A DNA stretch of 64,000 nucleotides from an uncultured Alphaproteobacteria bacterium (GCA_947586835.1 CANPXT010000001.1:136395-200394), one strand, 5' to 3'. Counted from the stretch's first letter, positions 36,628-47,257 are shown. Notes: generated from the sequence alone by a model not told the origin. Numbers and translations are program-made.

Positions 36628-37512
36628 TTAAGAACGGCACCGATCGCGTTCCAACAAAATACCGCTCAAAGATTTTGCCACTCTGATTTTTTCCACAAAA
36701 AGCACGTTACATTGCCGTCCGACAGTTTTTCCTTTTTGAATTAAAGCGCGATCTCCGTCATGATAATGACTATCACCGACAAGTTGGGCATTTCTGTCAT
36801 CATAAGGATTTACCACATCAACGGTTACGGTGGAATCGGCAGAAATAATTTCTTGAAACGGTTTATCACAGGTTTGATCGTTCGGCATGGCATGAACGGT
36901 GCTCATCCGCCAATGTGCCGTATCGGGAATGGATAAAATCTCTTCGGGACCCGTATAATTACAAGCATTTGAAGCATTTTCACCGATTTTGGTTGCAATC
37001 ATCAATCCTCCGCGAATGTTTTTTTGATGCCAAACATTATCTTTCCACACTATATGCAATTTCGTAATATTACCATACGGTTTTAAAATCACTTCATTAA
37101 AGAAAGTATGATACATAACTTTTTCGCAAAAAGTTGTTTTTACTTCCAACGGCTGAATCAACTGATACGAAAGCGTTTTCAAGCGTTGCGGTAAATCATA
37201 AATATTGCCGATATCGTTTGATAAAGCCCCGATATGTCCGCAATTCAACCCAAACACCCGAACAGGATGTTGTGACTCATTTCCTTTTGATAATTCAAAA
37301 GCAACCTGCATGGCTTTTAAGCAAGCTCCGTCTCCGCCCACGGCAATTAACCGACACATATTTTTATACGGTTGCAATTTCTTTTTGAGCGATTCATCTT
37401 GTGAAAACGCAATATCAACCACCGTCGCCGGTAAAATATTTAAAAGCTCACCGGCAACTTGTTGTGCTTTCGGATTCGGACTGACAATCAAACCGATTGA
37501 ACCATCATTCAT
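36628..37512 (-). CDS. NAD kinase-like protein (divergent)
   Basis: GGDG motif (IAVGGDGACL) and NE motif (FFNEVILK) are present. The usual TPTGSTAY block is replaced by TKIGENASNAC. Confidence 0.55.
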   Translation of the reverse strand: MNDGSIGLIVSPNPKAQQVAGELLNILPATVVDIAFSQDESLKKKLQPYKNMCRLIAVGGDGACLKAMQVAFELSKGNESQHPVRVFGLNCGHIGALSNDIGNIYDLPQRLKTLSYQLIQPLEVKTTFCEKVMYHTFFNEVILKPYGNITKLHIVWKDNVWHQKNIRGGLMIATKIGENASNACNYTGPEEILSIPDTAHWRMSTVHAMPNDQTCDKPFQEIISADSTVTVDVVNPYDDRNAQLVGDSHYHDGDRALIQKGKTVGRQCNVLFVEKIRVAKSLSGILLERDRCRS

Positions 37513-37645
37513 TTTCTCTCATCCTTTTAAGGTTCATTTTACTCTTTTTTTCTTATTTTGTGAAGAATATTTTTTTACTTTTTGCATAAAATATAAAAAA
37601 GATTAAATGCACAACTTTAAAATAACATATTTTTATAACGGGATC

Positions 37646-38581
37646 TTATCCGAGTGTTTTTGACTTTTTAAAACCTTTCCGACGTTTATAAAAATATAAT
37701 CCGAACCCCGCCAATAAAGCACTTCCCGTTAATAAAAAGCCGACTCCCGTACCGATCGGGTTTGAAAATGATTGAAAATAAAGTAACAACAGCCGTAATA
37801 CAATAAAAAAGACCGTTACATTAAACAAAACCATTCGCTTGGCAATAACGGCAAAAAAGCCCAACAATGCCAAAAACGCCAGAGATACTAAAAATCCCAA
37901 AAACGGATTATGCATCGCCATATCGCCCAAAAAAACAACGGGAAAATATAAAATAACCGACCAATGATATAAACTTTGCGCCATTCTGTCCGAAAAGAAA
38001 TGCGATAAATAAATTAAACAAATTAAAATACCGCCCAATAAAGTTGTGGCAAATAACGGTGTCTGTTCAAAAAACAATAATAACAATTCAAGCTTCATAT
38101 AGCCGACGATTCCGCCGAAAAATAAAGGAACCCATAAAAAAGCCAACAATTTACGTTTGCTGATTAACACAATTCCCAAAGATAACACTGCCCATAACAA
38201 AAGCCCTTTGGCTCCCTCCATCGGTAAATTAAATATTTGAGCCACCAATCCGATACCGCCGCCGATTGCCAAAAACGTAAAGAATAATGCTGTTTCCGCT
38301 AATTTATTACGCTCTTTTTTAATAGCCAAATAAGATAAAATCAGTCCGCCGAAAATGAGAACACCGACAATGGTTAATTTAACACTATCAGGAATTTGAT
38401 ACCAGTAAGCGCGCATAATGGCAGCAATTCCCAAACATAAACAGAGTACCGCCGTCCACAATAATGTTAAAAACAAAAACGGTGGTTGTTTTATCTTTTC
38501 CGCTTCTAAAATTTCTTGCCGCTGCGCCGCAGAAATAATATTATGTTGAACCCAATTGTTTGTTTTTTGATTTAAATCCAT
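37646..38581 (-). CDS. DUF2157-like polytopic membrane protein
   Basis: The N-terminal soluble segment W.....IS..Q...IL is followed by about 9 TM helices. Confidence 0.5.
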   Translation of the reverse strand: MDLNQKTNNWVQHNIISAAQRQEILEAEKIKQPPFLFLTLLWTAVLCLCLGIAAIMRAYWYQIPDSVKLTIVGVLIFGGLILSYLAIKKERNKLAETALFFTFLAIGGGIGLVAQIFNLPMEGAKGLLLWAVLSLGIVLISKRKLLAFLWVPLFFGGIVGYMKLELLLLFFEQTPLFATTLLGGILICLIYLSHFFSDRMAQSLYHWSVILYFPVVFLGDMAMHNPFLGFLVSLAFLALLGFFAVIAKRMVLFNVTVFFIVLRLLLLYFQSFSNPIGTGVGFLLTGSALLAGFGLYFYKRRKGFKKSKTLG

Positions 38582-38641
38582 ATTCGCCTCCTTTTTTCTT
38601 AAAAATAAGGCGTCGAATTTATTTTCTCAATACTGTTAAGA

Positions 38642-40606
38642 TTACAACAATAATTTTTTAACAATTTGAACAACGTTTTCGGGCGTAAATCCAAAGTGTT
38701 TCAATAAGTCTTCGCCTTTACCGGAAGCTCCGAAACAGTCAACGGATAAAATCGCGCCCGTTTCACCGATAAATCGATCCCATCCCAAGGAAGAGGCAGC
38801 TTCAATTACCAAACGCGGAGCCGATCCCAAAACCGTTTCACGATAAGACGCCGATTGCCTTTCGAACAATTCACGACACGGCATGGAAACAACAGCCGCA
38901 TAAATGTTTTCAGCTTCTAACAGTTTGGCTGCTCGACAAGCTAATGAAACTTCCGACCCTGTTGCAATCAGCGTAACGGTTCGTTTGTGTTTCGGCTCTT
39001 TTAAAACGTATCCCCCTTTTTCGGAAAGATTTTCATTGATATTTTCTCTTAAAAGGTCTACAGCTTGCCGCGAACAAATAATGGCTGATGGTGTTTTTTT
39101 ATGCGTCAGAGCCGTTTCATAGCATTCGGCAGTTTCCACACTGTCTGCCGGACGCATCACAAGCAAATTCGGTGTTGCGCGTAATGAAACAAGCTGTTCA
39201 ATCGGTTGATGTGTCGGTCCGTCTTCTCCGACACCGATTGAATCATGCGTTAATACATAAATTTCTTGCAACTCCATGAGACAAGCCAAGCGAATGGCCG
39301 GTTTCATATAATCAACAAAAGATAAAAACGTTCCGGCTAACGGAATAAATCCCCCGTGAGATGCCAATCCGTTCATAATCCCGCCCATGGCGTGCTCCCG
39401 AATACCGTAATGAATGTATCGACCGGCATAATTTTCTTTGGTAACAGCATTTGCCGTTTTGGGTTTTGTATAAGAAGCACCCGCCAAATCAGCTGAACCG
39501 CAAACCAGTGTCGGCAAATTTTCTGCCAATAAGTTAATGATGTTTTGTGAAGATTTTCGCGTGGCAACCGTCTCTTTTTGTTGAATCGCCGATTTTTTAT
39601 ATTGTTTTAAAACCGTTGAAAGACAAGCGGGAATATCTTGATTCAAGCGCTTAAGAAACTCTTGCCGACAAGGATCTTTTTCCAATTCTTTTTCCCATTT
39701 TTGACGCAGGCCTTCCCATTGTTTTGCCTGTGTACGAATTTCAGTTAATAACGCTTGCGGTATTTCAAACGGTGCTGATGTCCAATTAAGTTTTTTGCGT
39801 AATCCGGCTATTTCGTCAACCCCTAACGGTGATCCGTGACATTTGGGCGTACCGGCTTTTGTCGGTGCACCGAAACCGATGGTTGTTTCACAATCAATCA
39901 GCACCGGTTTATCGCTTGTTTGCGCTTTTGTTAAAGCTTTTTCAATCGATTGATGAGAATGTCCGTTACATTTTAAAACAAGCCAGTTATTTGCTTCAAA
40001 ACGTTTTTTCATATCGGTTGAAGAGGCAATATCGGTCGAACCGTCAATGGTAATATGATTATCGTCCCATAACACAATCAATTGATTGAGTTTCCAGTGA
40101 CCTGCCAACGCAACGGCTTCTTCGGATATGCCTTCCATTAAACATCCGTCTCCCACAAAAACATAAGTTTTGTGATTCATAAGCTTATCACCAAATTCGG
40201 CATTAAGTAATCGTTCCGCCAAAGCCATACCCACGCCGCCGGCTAAACCCTGTCCCAAAGGACCGGTTGAAAAATCAATGCCGTTTACAAGCGTTTTTTC
40301 CGGATGACCCGCTGTTTTGGATCCTAATTGCCGAAAGGATTTAAGGGCGTTTAAATCAACATCTTTAAAGCCGAATAAATACATCAAGCTGTATAATAAT
40401 GCCGATCCGTGACCGTTGGATAAAATAAATCTGTCACGATTGAACCAATCAGGACACGTCGGATCAATCCGCAAAAACTTTGCCCACAAAACAGCGGCGA
40501 CATCAGCCATACCGAGCGGCATTCCCGGATGTCCCGATTGTGCTTTTTCAATCATATCCACCGATAAAATACGAATAGCCGCGGCTAAATCTTTTAAGTT
40601 GATCAT
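38642..40606 (-). CDS. tkt: Transketolase
   Basis: SGHPG.P.G.A, GDGC.MEG and HDSIG.GEDGPTHQP(I/V)E blocks. Confidence 0.95.
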   Translation of the reverse strand: MINLKDLAAAIRILSVDMIEKAQSGHPGMPLGMADVAAVLWAKFLRIDPTCPDWFNRDRFILSNGHGSALLYSLMYLFGFKDVDLNALKSFRQLGSKTAGHPEKTLVNGIDFSTGPLGQGLAGGVGMALAERLLNAEFGDKLMNHKTYVFVGDGCLMEGISEEAVALAGHWKLNQLIVLWDDNHITIDGSTDIASSTDMKKRFEANNWLVLKCNGHSHQSIEKALTKAQTSDKPVLIDCETTIGFGAPTKAGTPKCHGSPLGVDEIAGLRKKLNWTSAPFEIPQALLTEIRTQAKQWEGLRQKWEKELEKDPCRQEFLKRLNQDIPACLSTVLKQYKKSAIQQKETVATRKSSQNIINLLAENLPTLVCGSADLAGASYTKPKTANAVTKENYAGRYIHYGIREHAMGGIMNGLASHGGFIPLAGTFLSFVDYMKPAIRLACLMELQEIYVLTHDSIGVGEDGPTHQPIEQLVSLRATPNLLVMRPADSVETAECYETALTHKKTPSAIICSRQAVDLLRENINENLSEKGGYVLKEPKHKRTVTLIATGSEVSLACRAAKLLEAENIYAAVVSMPCRELFERQSASYRETVLGSAPRLVIEAASSLGWDRFIGETGAILSVDCFGASGKGEDLLKHFGFTPENVVQIVKKLLL

Positions 40607-42150
40607 TTTTCTTCTCCTTTATCAAATAATGAATTGACAAAATCAACCGTTCCCGAAAATCCGACCGGTTTTTCTCCGTTAATTATCGGTTTATCCGATT
40701 CATTTCCTTTATAGAACATAATCAGCGGCGTATCAAGAGCATCGGCATCAGGCGCGTTATGATCGCCGTATAAAATAACAAAACTATCGTTTGGCAAAGC
40801 TTCATAAAAGCTTTTAAATCCCAAATCCAATTCAAAAGCGCCGTTCATATAGTTTTCACGTACCGTTGTTGCTTTCGGATAAGGATATGTTTCATTGGGG
40901 TAAGAAATAAACGGCGGATGCATATTCGTTGTAATGATAAACGCAAATGTTTTTTGATCAAGAGGCGTTTGAAGCGCAGCAAATTGTAACATTTGCCCGT
41001 CAGATACACCCCACTCCCCACGTACCCAATCGGCAGGATAATCTTCCATAAAATAAAGTTTTTGAAAGCCCATATGAGAATAATGCGTTAATCGATTAAA
41101 AAACGTTTTTTCAAAACTATGATAAAAACTTGATTGATATCCTTTTTCCGCCAACCGCTTCGGCAATGGCTTAATAATCTTATAAATATTCGGCGTATAA
41201 GAAAAATAAACCATTAAATGGCAAACAGACTGGTCTAACGGCAATCCGCTCATCATACTGAAATCAGTATTGCCCGATCCCAAACAATGATAGTGATTGA
41301 CATCGGACCAAACGGCACTTGTTTTTTGAAGAGATGATAAAAACGGCATCACATTCGGTTGAATGGCTTGTGTTGTTAAACTTTCAGCCTGAATCAGATA
41401 AATATGTTGCGGTAACCGTGAAAGAAAAATGTTATCGGTTTGATATTTTTTCAATTTTTCGTGATTTCCGGGAATGATAAGCTGATTCAACTTCTCTAAC
41501 GGATTTTTGAATAATATTTCCGCCGGATACGTTATCTTATAAAGCATACCCTGTTCATAAGAGATATAAACGCTCGGAAACAAGAACAAACAAAGTTCTG
41601 CCCAATAAAAAATACCGGTTATATAGGAAAGCCCTATCAGTATTGCACCGGTTAAAAAACCGATTGTCGCTTTTTTAAAACTGAAAAACGGATGTTTTAT
41701 AACCCAAATAAGCGTAAAAACAGAATAAAAAAGCAAAATGAAAAAAGGCATATCAAACAAAGAGTTTTTATTGCTTAATCCGGCTCGAATGCCCTCTTTA
41801 AAAGCCGATAAAATATCGTAAAATAAAAGAGAAGTAACATTCACTTTATAATATTCTTTAAACACGCAAAACATTAAAAAATTAAAGCAAATGAAAAAGC
41901 AAGTGACGATTCGACCGAAAAACAAAGCAATCAACCAGCCAAGCATATACAAAATTAAAATAACCGCATAACCGAACGTATAAAGAAAATTTCCGTTACG
42001 AAAATATAAAAACGCATCGGTTAAAAAAGAACCCAATACCAATAAAAACAAACAAAATCCGATAGAATGCAAAATCCGACGAAACTCTTCCTTTGTCGGA
42101 AGCGGATTTTCTTTATCCGGAATAAAAAACGAAAAAGATTTCTGTGTCAT
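40603..42150 (-). CDS. LTA-synthase/sulfatase-family membrane phosphotransferase (OpgB/EptA-like)
   Basis: The N-terminal roughly 5-TM region is followed by an alkaline-phosphatase-superfamily domain (ESLT, GSGNTDFSMMSGLP, YGDHN). The ATG overlaps the rsmD stop (ATGA), and its stop overlaps the tkt start. Confidence 0.7.
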   Translation of the reverse strand: MTQKSFSFFIPDKENPLPTKEEFRRILHSIGFCLFLLVLGSFLTDAFLYFRNGNFLYTFGYAVILILYMLGWLIALFFGRIVTCFFICFNFLMFCVFKEYYKVNVTSLLFYDILSAFKEGIRAGLSNKNSLFDMPFFILLFYSVFTLIWVIKHPFFSFKKATIGFLTGAILIGLSYITGIFYWAELCLFLFPSVYISYEQGMLYKITYPAEILFKNPLEKLNQLIIPGNHEKLKKYQTDNIFLSRLPQHIYLIQAESLTTQAIQPNVMPFLSSLQKTSAVWSDVNHYHCLGSGNTDFSMMSGLPLDQSVCHLMVYFSYTPNIYKIIKPLPKRLAEKGYQSSFYHSFEKTFFNRLTHYSHMGFQKLYFMEDYPADWVRGEWGVSDGQMLQFAALQTPLDQKTFAFIITTNMHPPFISYPNETYPYPKATTVRENYMNGAFELDLGFKSFYEALPNDSFVILYGDHNAPDADALDTPLIMFYKGNESDKPIINGEKPVGFSGTVDFVNSLFDKGEEK

Positions 42151-42704
42151 TTCACCTCTCGAATTTTTACAAAAGAAAACATATTGCGTCCGTAAGTGCA
42201 TTGACGTGTGATTTCAAATTCTTCGGATAAAACAAGATTTTCACCGGTTTGAGTTTCCAACACAATTAATGTTGATTGATTAATCCAACCGTTGTCATAA
42301 AAAGCTTTCAATGCCTGTTCGGTTAATTTTTGCCCGTATGGGGCATCACTGAAATAAATATCCATGCTTTGAGCGGCCGGCGGAGGGGTTAATGCATTGA
42401 TAAACAGTGCATAATTTTCTGGAAATCCGCGCGCATTTAATTCAATATAATGGCGGGCAACATGATGACTTTCAAATAAGAAAACGTGATCGGCCCCTCT
42501 GGATAAAGCTTCAAAACCGATAGCCCCTGATCCGGCAAACACATCGGCAAACAAAATATCTTTCCAATTTTTCCCCTGCGTCAATAAATAATGCGATAAA
42601 ATATTAAACAATCCTTCTTTGGCTCTGTCTGATGTCGGACGAGTAATTGATTCATCGGCTGCCAACAGTTTTTTACCGCGATATGTTCCGCTGATTATTC
42701 GCAT
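42147..42704 (-). CDS. rsmD: 16S rRNA (guanine966-N2)-methyltransferase
   Basis: MRIISG.YRGKKL......TRPT.DR.KE.LFNIL and DVFAGSGA.G.EALSRGA, with the DAPYG variant of the DPPY motif. Confidence 0.88.
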   Translation of the reverse strand: MRIISGTYRGKKLLAADESITRPTSDRAKEGLFNILSHYLLTQGKNWKDILFADVFAGSGAIGFEALSRGADHVFLFESHHVARHYIELNARGFPENYALFINALTPPPAAQSMDIYFSDAPYGQKLTEQALKAFYDNGWINQSTLIVLETQTGENLVLSEEFEITRQCTYGRNMFSFVKIREVK

Positions 42705-43414
42705 AATATCTCTTTCACTGCCTTTTTGCTCACTTCACGCACTTCGCCTTTTCCTAAATTACCCAATTGAAACGGACCGTATGCCACACGAATTAACCGA
42801 GTAACAGGCAGATGAACAAAATCCATCATTCTACGAATTTCTCTGTTTTTACCTTCCGTTAAAGTAATCAACACCCATGTATTTGTTCCTTGAACGCGTT
42901 CAATTTCTATTTGACACGGCGCATATCGAATGCCTTGTACGGTAATTCCCTTTTGCAGTTTTTCCTGAATACTTTTTGTTAATATCCCGTGAATGCGCAC
43001 GCGGTATTTTCGTTTCCACCCGAGAGAAGGATGTTCCAATTTTCGTGCCAAAGCTCCATCGGTTGTGAGTAACAATAATCCTTCGGAATTTAAATCCAAG
43101 CGTCCGACGGAAATTACGCGCGGTAAGTAGGCAGGTAAGTGATCAAAAACGGTCGGACGTCCCTGCGGATCTTTATGTGTGGTCACCAATCCCGTCGGTT
43201 TGTGATAACACCAAAGCCGTGTTTCCTGCTTGGTACCGATCGGTTTACCGTCAACATAAATCACATCGGTTTCACCAACCAAAAAAGCCGGTGTTGACAA
43301 TTTTTGACCGTTTACCGTTACTCTGCCTGATAAAATATAACTTTCTGCCGTTCGTCGGGAACAAATACCGGCTCCGGCAATTACTTTTGCTATTCTTTCT
43401 TGTTTTTCCGTCAT
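42695..43414 (-). CDS. rluB: Pseudouridine synthase, RsuA/RluB family
   Basis: S4 domain (RIAKVIAGAGICSRR.AE..I..GRV.VNG) and catalytic VGRLDLNSEGLLLLT.DG. Confidence 0.85.
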   Translation of the reverse strand: MTEKQERIAKVIAGAGICSRRTAESYILSGRVTVNGQKLSTPAFLVGETDVIYVDGKPIGTKQETRLWCYHKPTGLVTTHKDPQGRPTVFDHLPAYLPRVISVGRLDLNSEGLLLLTTDGALARKLEHPSLGWKRKYRVRIHGILTKSIQEKLQKGITVQGIRYAPCQIEIERVQGTNTWVLITLTEGKNREIRRMMDFVHLPVTRLIRVAYGPFQLGNLGKGEVREVSKKAVKEILCE

Positions 43415-43485
43415 AAAACACTTTCTTTTTTTTAATAATTGTTATAATATACAAAAAAACAAAAAGAAGGAAGAAAAAAACGCAT

Positions 43486-43947
43486 ATGGATGAAAAAATT
43501 TTAAAAAAAGCGTTTCATTTGGCTCAAAAAGCCGCCGAAAAACAGGAGGTACCTGTCAGTGCTGTTATTTTTGACTCACAAACACGTCAAATTGTTGCAT
43601 CGGCTTATAATCAAACGGAAAAATTAAAAAATCCCGTCGCCCATGCCGAAATATTGGTTATTCAAAAAGCGTGTCGGAAACTCAATACCAAAAGATTAAA
43701 TGGCTATTCCTTATTTGTTACACTGGAACCGTGTGCCATGTGCTCCGGCGCCATATCAAATGCCAGATTAGATGCTCTTTACTTTGGCGCATTCGATCAA
43801 AAATCGGGCGGCATCTGCCAGGGTGCTCGTGTATTTGAACAAAAGCAAACACACCATAAACCTAAAATTACGGGGGGAATTTCCAAAGATATTTTCGGTA
43901 GTATCCTCACTTCATTTTTTCAACAAAAACGATCGTCGGAGAAATAA
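43486..43947 (+). CDS. tadA: tRNA adenosine(34) deaminase
   Basis: HAE...I and PCAMCSGAI zinc-binding deaminase motifs in a 153-aa protein. Confidence 0.9.
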   Translation: MDEKILKKAFHLAQKAAEKQEVPVSAVIFDSQTRQIVASAYNQTEKLKNPVAHAEILVIQKACRKLNTKRLNGYSLFVTLEPCAMCSGAISNARLDALYFGAFDQKSGGICQGARVFEQKQTHHKPKITGGISKDIFGSILTSFFQQKRSSEK

Positions 43948-45273
43948 ATGGAAGCTGAAAAACCCGTTTTAACCGTTACCGAAATTTCGCTTTCTTTGAA
44001 AACTTGTGTCGAACAGGTTTTCGGCGATATTCGTGTTCGCGGTGAAGTTGTCGGTGTTAAAAAAGCACCGTCTGGACATACATATTTTTCATTAAAAGAT
44101 GCGGATAGTGTTTTATCGGCTATTTGTTGGCGCGGACGTGATCATGAAACCATAACGGCGCTCACGGAAGGCTTGGAAGTTGTGTGTACGGGCAAATTAT
44201 CTACCTATCCCGGACGCTCCAATTATCAAATGATTGTTCAAGAAGCAAGACCGGCCGGAATCGGTGCTTTGCTGAAATTATTAAACGAACGCAAAGAAAA
44301 ACTGGAAAAAGAGGGATTGTTCGATTCTGCCCGAAAGAAAAAAATTCCTTTTTTACCGGAGGTCATCGGTGTTATCACCAGTCCGACCGGTGCCGTTATT
44401 CGTGATATTATGCACCGATTAAACGAACGATGTCCGCGACGGGTTCTTTTGTGGCCGGTATTAGTTCAGGGAGAGGGAGCAGCCGAACAAATTGCCACAG
44501 CCATTGAGGGATTTAATATTATTCCGAAAGAGGGACTTTTCATTCAAAACAAGCACATTCCCCGCCCCGATGTGTTGATTGTCGCGCGTGGTGGCGGCAG
44601 TTTTGAAGATTTATTTTGTTTTAATGAAGAAATTGTCGTTCGTGCCGCTGCTCATTCGAAAATTCCTTTAATTTCTGCCGTCGGTCATGAAACAGATACC
44701 ACCTTAATTGATTACGCTGCCGATTTACGAGCCCCCACACCGACCGGTGCTGCGGAAAAAGCCGTTCCCGTACAAGCCGAATTGACGGCGTGGTTTAATG
44801 AACGCGAAAATCGATTGATTGACGGATTGTATCGTGTTATGGAAACGGCCCAAACAAAACTGCAAGCTTTAACACGCTCTTTACCTGATCTTTCACAAAT
44901 TATACAATTATTTCAAGAGCGTTTGACAGATAAATCAGCACGATTACAAAATGCTTTGACAATTTATTTAAAAACAATCACAGCCGAATTGAATTTAAAA
45001 TCAACATTATTGCAATCTTATTCCTATCATGCCGTATTAGCACGAGGCTTTGCGCTTATCGTTAATGACTCGGGCAAAATTATTTCTCATCGAGAAGAAG
45101 CGATGAAAACGCAACACTTTCATATTCGTTTTGCCGACGGTTCTTTAAAAGCTTCACCTTGTACAACACATGAAAAAGTGATTTCATCAAAATTCAACCC
45201 AAATACATCGAAACAACCAGAAAAAATGTTTCAACCGGATTTATTTTCCGTATCTACCCGTAAAAACACATAG
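43948..45273 (+). CDS. xseA: Exodeoxyribonuclease VII large subunit
   Basis: N-terminal OB fold (V.GEV...K...SGH.YF.LKD), then GVITSPTGA..RD and RGGGS.EDL blocks. Confidence 0.92.
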   Translation: MEAEKPVLTVTEISLSLKTCVEQVFGDIRVRGEVVGVKKAPSGHTYFSLKDADSVLSAICWRGRDHETITALTEGLEVVCTGKLSTYPGRSNYQMIVQEARPAGIGALLKLLNERKEKLEKEGLFDSARKKKIPFLPEVIGVITSPTGAVIRDIMHRLNERCPRRVLLWPVLVQGEGAAEQIATAIEGFNIIPKEGLFIQNKHIPRPDVLIVARGGGSFEDLFCFNEEIVVRAAAHSKIPLISAVGHETDTTLIDYAADLRAPTPTGAAEKAVPVQAELTAWFNERENRLIDGLYRVMETAQTKLQALTRSLPDLSQIIQLFQERLTDKSARLQNALTIYLKTITAELNLKSTLLQSYSYHAVLARGFALIVNDSGKIISHREEAMKTQHFHIRFADGSLKASPCTTHEKVISSKFNPNTSKQPEKMFQPDLFSVSTRKNT

Positions 45274-45307
45274 TAATTACACAATGTATTAACAAAAGAA
45301 TAACAAA

Positions 45308-46189
45308 ATGATACACATACATGTTTTTTCATTACATAAAGAAATAAATACAACAAATTATTTTAAAAAGAATAAAACGATAAATATTTTTATTCTCTCA
45401 CTATTGTGTTATTCCTCTGTAATTACCGAGTTAAAAGCCTTGACTTTTCACAATTCAGTGCAAGACGGACGCTTAATTCAAGGTAGTTTAACCAAAGATG
45501 AAAAGCTTTTTTATCAAAATAAACAAATTGTTCCCCATCAGACAGGTTTATTTTATTTCGGAATTCCTCATTCGGCAATAACACCGCTTTTATTAATATA
45601 TCAAAAAGAAAAAATACAAAAGACTCTTTCTTTTCCGTATGAAATGCGTCAATGGCAAACAGATGTTGTTAACGGTTTACCCAAAGAAAAAGTTGTCGTC
45701 AATACTCAAAATGAAAAACGAATTGCTACCGAAAATGCTTTACTAAAAACAGAAAGACAAAAGTTTATTACCGACTTTTTTCCGACTTGTTTTTCAAGAC
45801 CGGTTCATCATTATCGATTATCCGGTTCTTTCGGGACACAACGTATTTTAAACGGTATAAAAGGCAGCGGACATGGTGGAACAGACTATGCCGCACCCGT
45901 CGGAACACCCGTATATGCGCCGGCAGACGGTGTTGTAACGATTGCACATCCCGATATGTTTTTAACAGGACAAACCGTTTTAATTAATCACGGATATGGT
46001 TTATTTTCCTCTTATTCGCATTTATCGAAAACAAATGTAACTATCGGCGATAAAGTAAAGCGCAATGATAAAATCGGCGAAATCGGACAAACGGGACGTG
46101 CTACCGGTCCGCATTTGCATTTTTCGTTTTTCTGGTATGAAACACGCGTAGATCCCGAACTTGTTTTTACCGATTTTCCGTGTCAATAA
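45308..46189 (+). CDS. M23 family metallopeptidase
   Basis: HGGTDYAAPVGTPVYAPADGVV...G.TG.ATGPHLHF, which are the HxxxD and HxH zinc motifs. Confidence 0.85.
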   Translation: MIHIHVFSLHKEINTTNYFKKNKTINIFILSLLCYSSVITELKALTFHNSVQDGRLIQGSLTKDEKLFYQNKQIVPHQTGLFYFGIPHSAITPLLLIYQKEKIQKTLSFPYEMRQWQTDVVNGLPKEKVVVNTQNEKRIATENALLKTERQKFITDFFPTCFSRPVHHYRLSGSFGTQRILNGIKGSGHGGTDYAAPVGTPVYAPADGVVTIAHPDMFLTGQTVLINHGYGLFSSYSHLSKTNVTIGDKVKRNDKIGEIGQTGRATGPHLHFSFFWYETRVDPELVFTDFPCQ

Positions 46190-46317
46190 TTTACTTTAAA
46201 ACTTTTTCTTTTTTCACAACCTAAAAATATATCTAAAAAAGTCGTCTGCTTTTTGCTTGTTAAGATATTTAAAAAAAATGTTCAGCTAAAAAATTTCGCA
46301 GAAGTATAAAAAAACAC

Positions 46318-46345
46318 TTGCAATAATTTATTTTTTTGTTATAAT
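46318..46345 (+). promoter_or_regulatory. Promoter of rpsU
   Basis: TTGCAA, a 16-nt spacer and TATAAT. Confidence 0.45.
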
Positions 46346-46371
46346 GTTTTTCACTTTATATCGAAAGAGAG

Positions 46372-46587
46372 GTGAGTAACATAGTTACAATCGTTGTACA
46401 CGACAATAACGTTGAACAGGCTTTGCGCGTTTTAAAAAAGAAAATGCAACGGGAAGGCAGTTTTCGCGAAATGAAGCTGCGCCGCTACTACGAAAAACCG
46501 TCTGAAAAGAAGGCTCGTAAAGCAACGGAATGTATTCGCCGTTCACGGAAAATGCGTCGCAAACGTTTTAGCATTGAGGGTTATTAA
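46372..46587 (+). CDS. rpsU: 30S ribosomal protein S21
   Basis: [38 protein letters not shown] is canonical S21. The start is a GTG after AGAGAG. Confidence 0.9.
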   Translation: MSNIVTIVVHDNNVEQALRVLKKKMQREGSFREMKLRRYYEKPSEKKARKATECIRRSRKMRRKRFSIEGY

Positions 46588-46611
46588 TTTCTCTTTTTTA
46601 AACGTTTAAGT

Positions 46612-46646
46612 CTCCCTTTGGGTTCATGACTCAAAGGGAGTTTTTT
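46612..46646 (+). terminator. Terminator after rpsU
   Basis: CTCCCTTTG-11 nt-CAAAGGGAG followed by TTTTTT. Confidence 0.65.
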
Positions 46647-46711
46647 ATGAAATATTTGACATTTGAAAAAATTTAATGCATAGTATATTAGGTTTTTATT
46701 GCGGAGGAATT

Positions 46712-47257
46712 ATGCGTATTCATTTTTTGATTCTATTTTTTGCTTTAACCCTCTCTTCGGCAGCCTTTGCCGGCAACGGTTACTTCGGTGCACGTGGCGG
46801 TATTTCCGATATTCGCGAAACAGATGTGGCTGATAAATATAAAAGCGCCGGTTTTATTTCTGCCTACATCGGAGGACAAACCGGCATTTTTCGGGCAGAA
46901 GCCGAATATACGGCTTTAAGTAAAGTTAAATTTGAATCCATTCAAACCGATTCTCAAATGCAACGATTAATGGCCAACGGATATATCGACATGCATGTTT
47001 CACGCTATGTTCATCCTTATTTCGGTGCCGGTATCGGGTCGGCTTTTTATTCGGTCAATGATAAAAAATCACATAACAAATCAAGCGGAACAAACTTTGC
47101 TTGGAATGCAACCGTCGGTGTCGGTGTAAAACTGACAAAAAATGTCACGTTTGATACCGGCTATCGCTATGTCGATATGGGCGACGTATCTGCCGAAAAT
47201 CAAAATCTGCACTTTGATGCTCATGAAGCTTATGTCGGTTTGCGATTTTCATTTTAG
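46712..47257 (+). CDS. Outer-membrane beta-barrel protein (OMP_b-brl / Omp25-31-like)
   Basis: GGAGG SD, signal peptide MRIHFLILFFALTLSSAAFA, alternating-hydrophobic strands and a C-terminal YVGLRFSF with terminal Phe. Confidence 0.65.
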   Translation: MRIHFLILFFALTLSSAAFAGNGYFGARGGISDIRETDVADKYKSAGFISAYIGGQTGIFRAEAEYTALSKVKFESIQTDSQMQRLMANGYIDMHVSRYVHPYFGAGIGSAFYSVNDKKSHNKSSGTNFAWNATVGVGVKLTKNVTFDTGYRYVDMGDVSAENQNLHFDAHEAYVGLRFSF

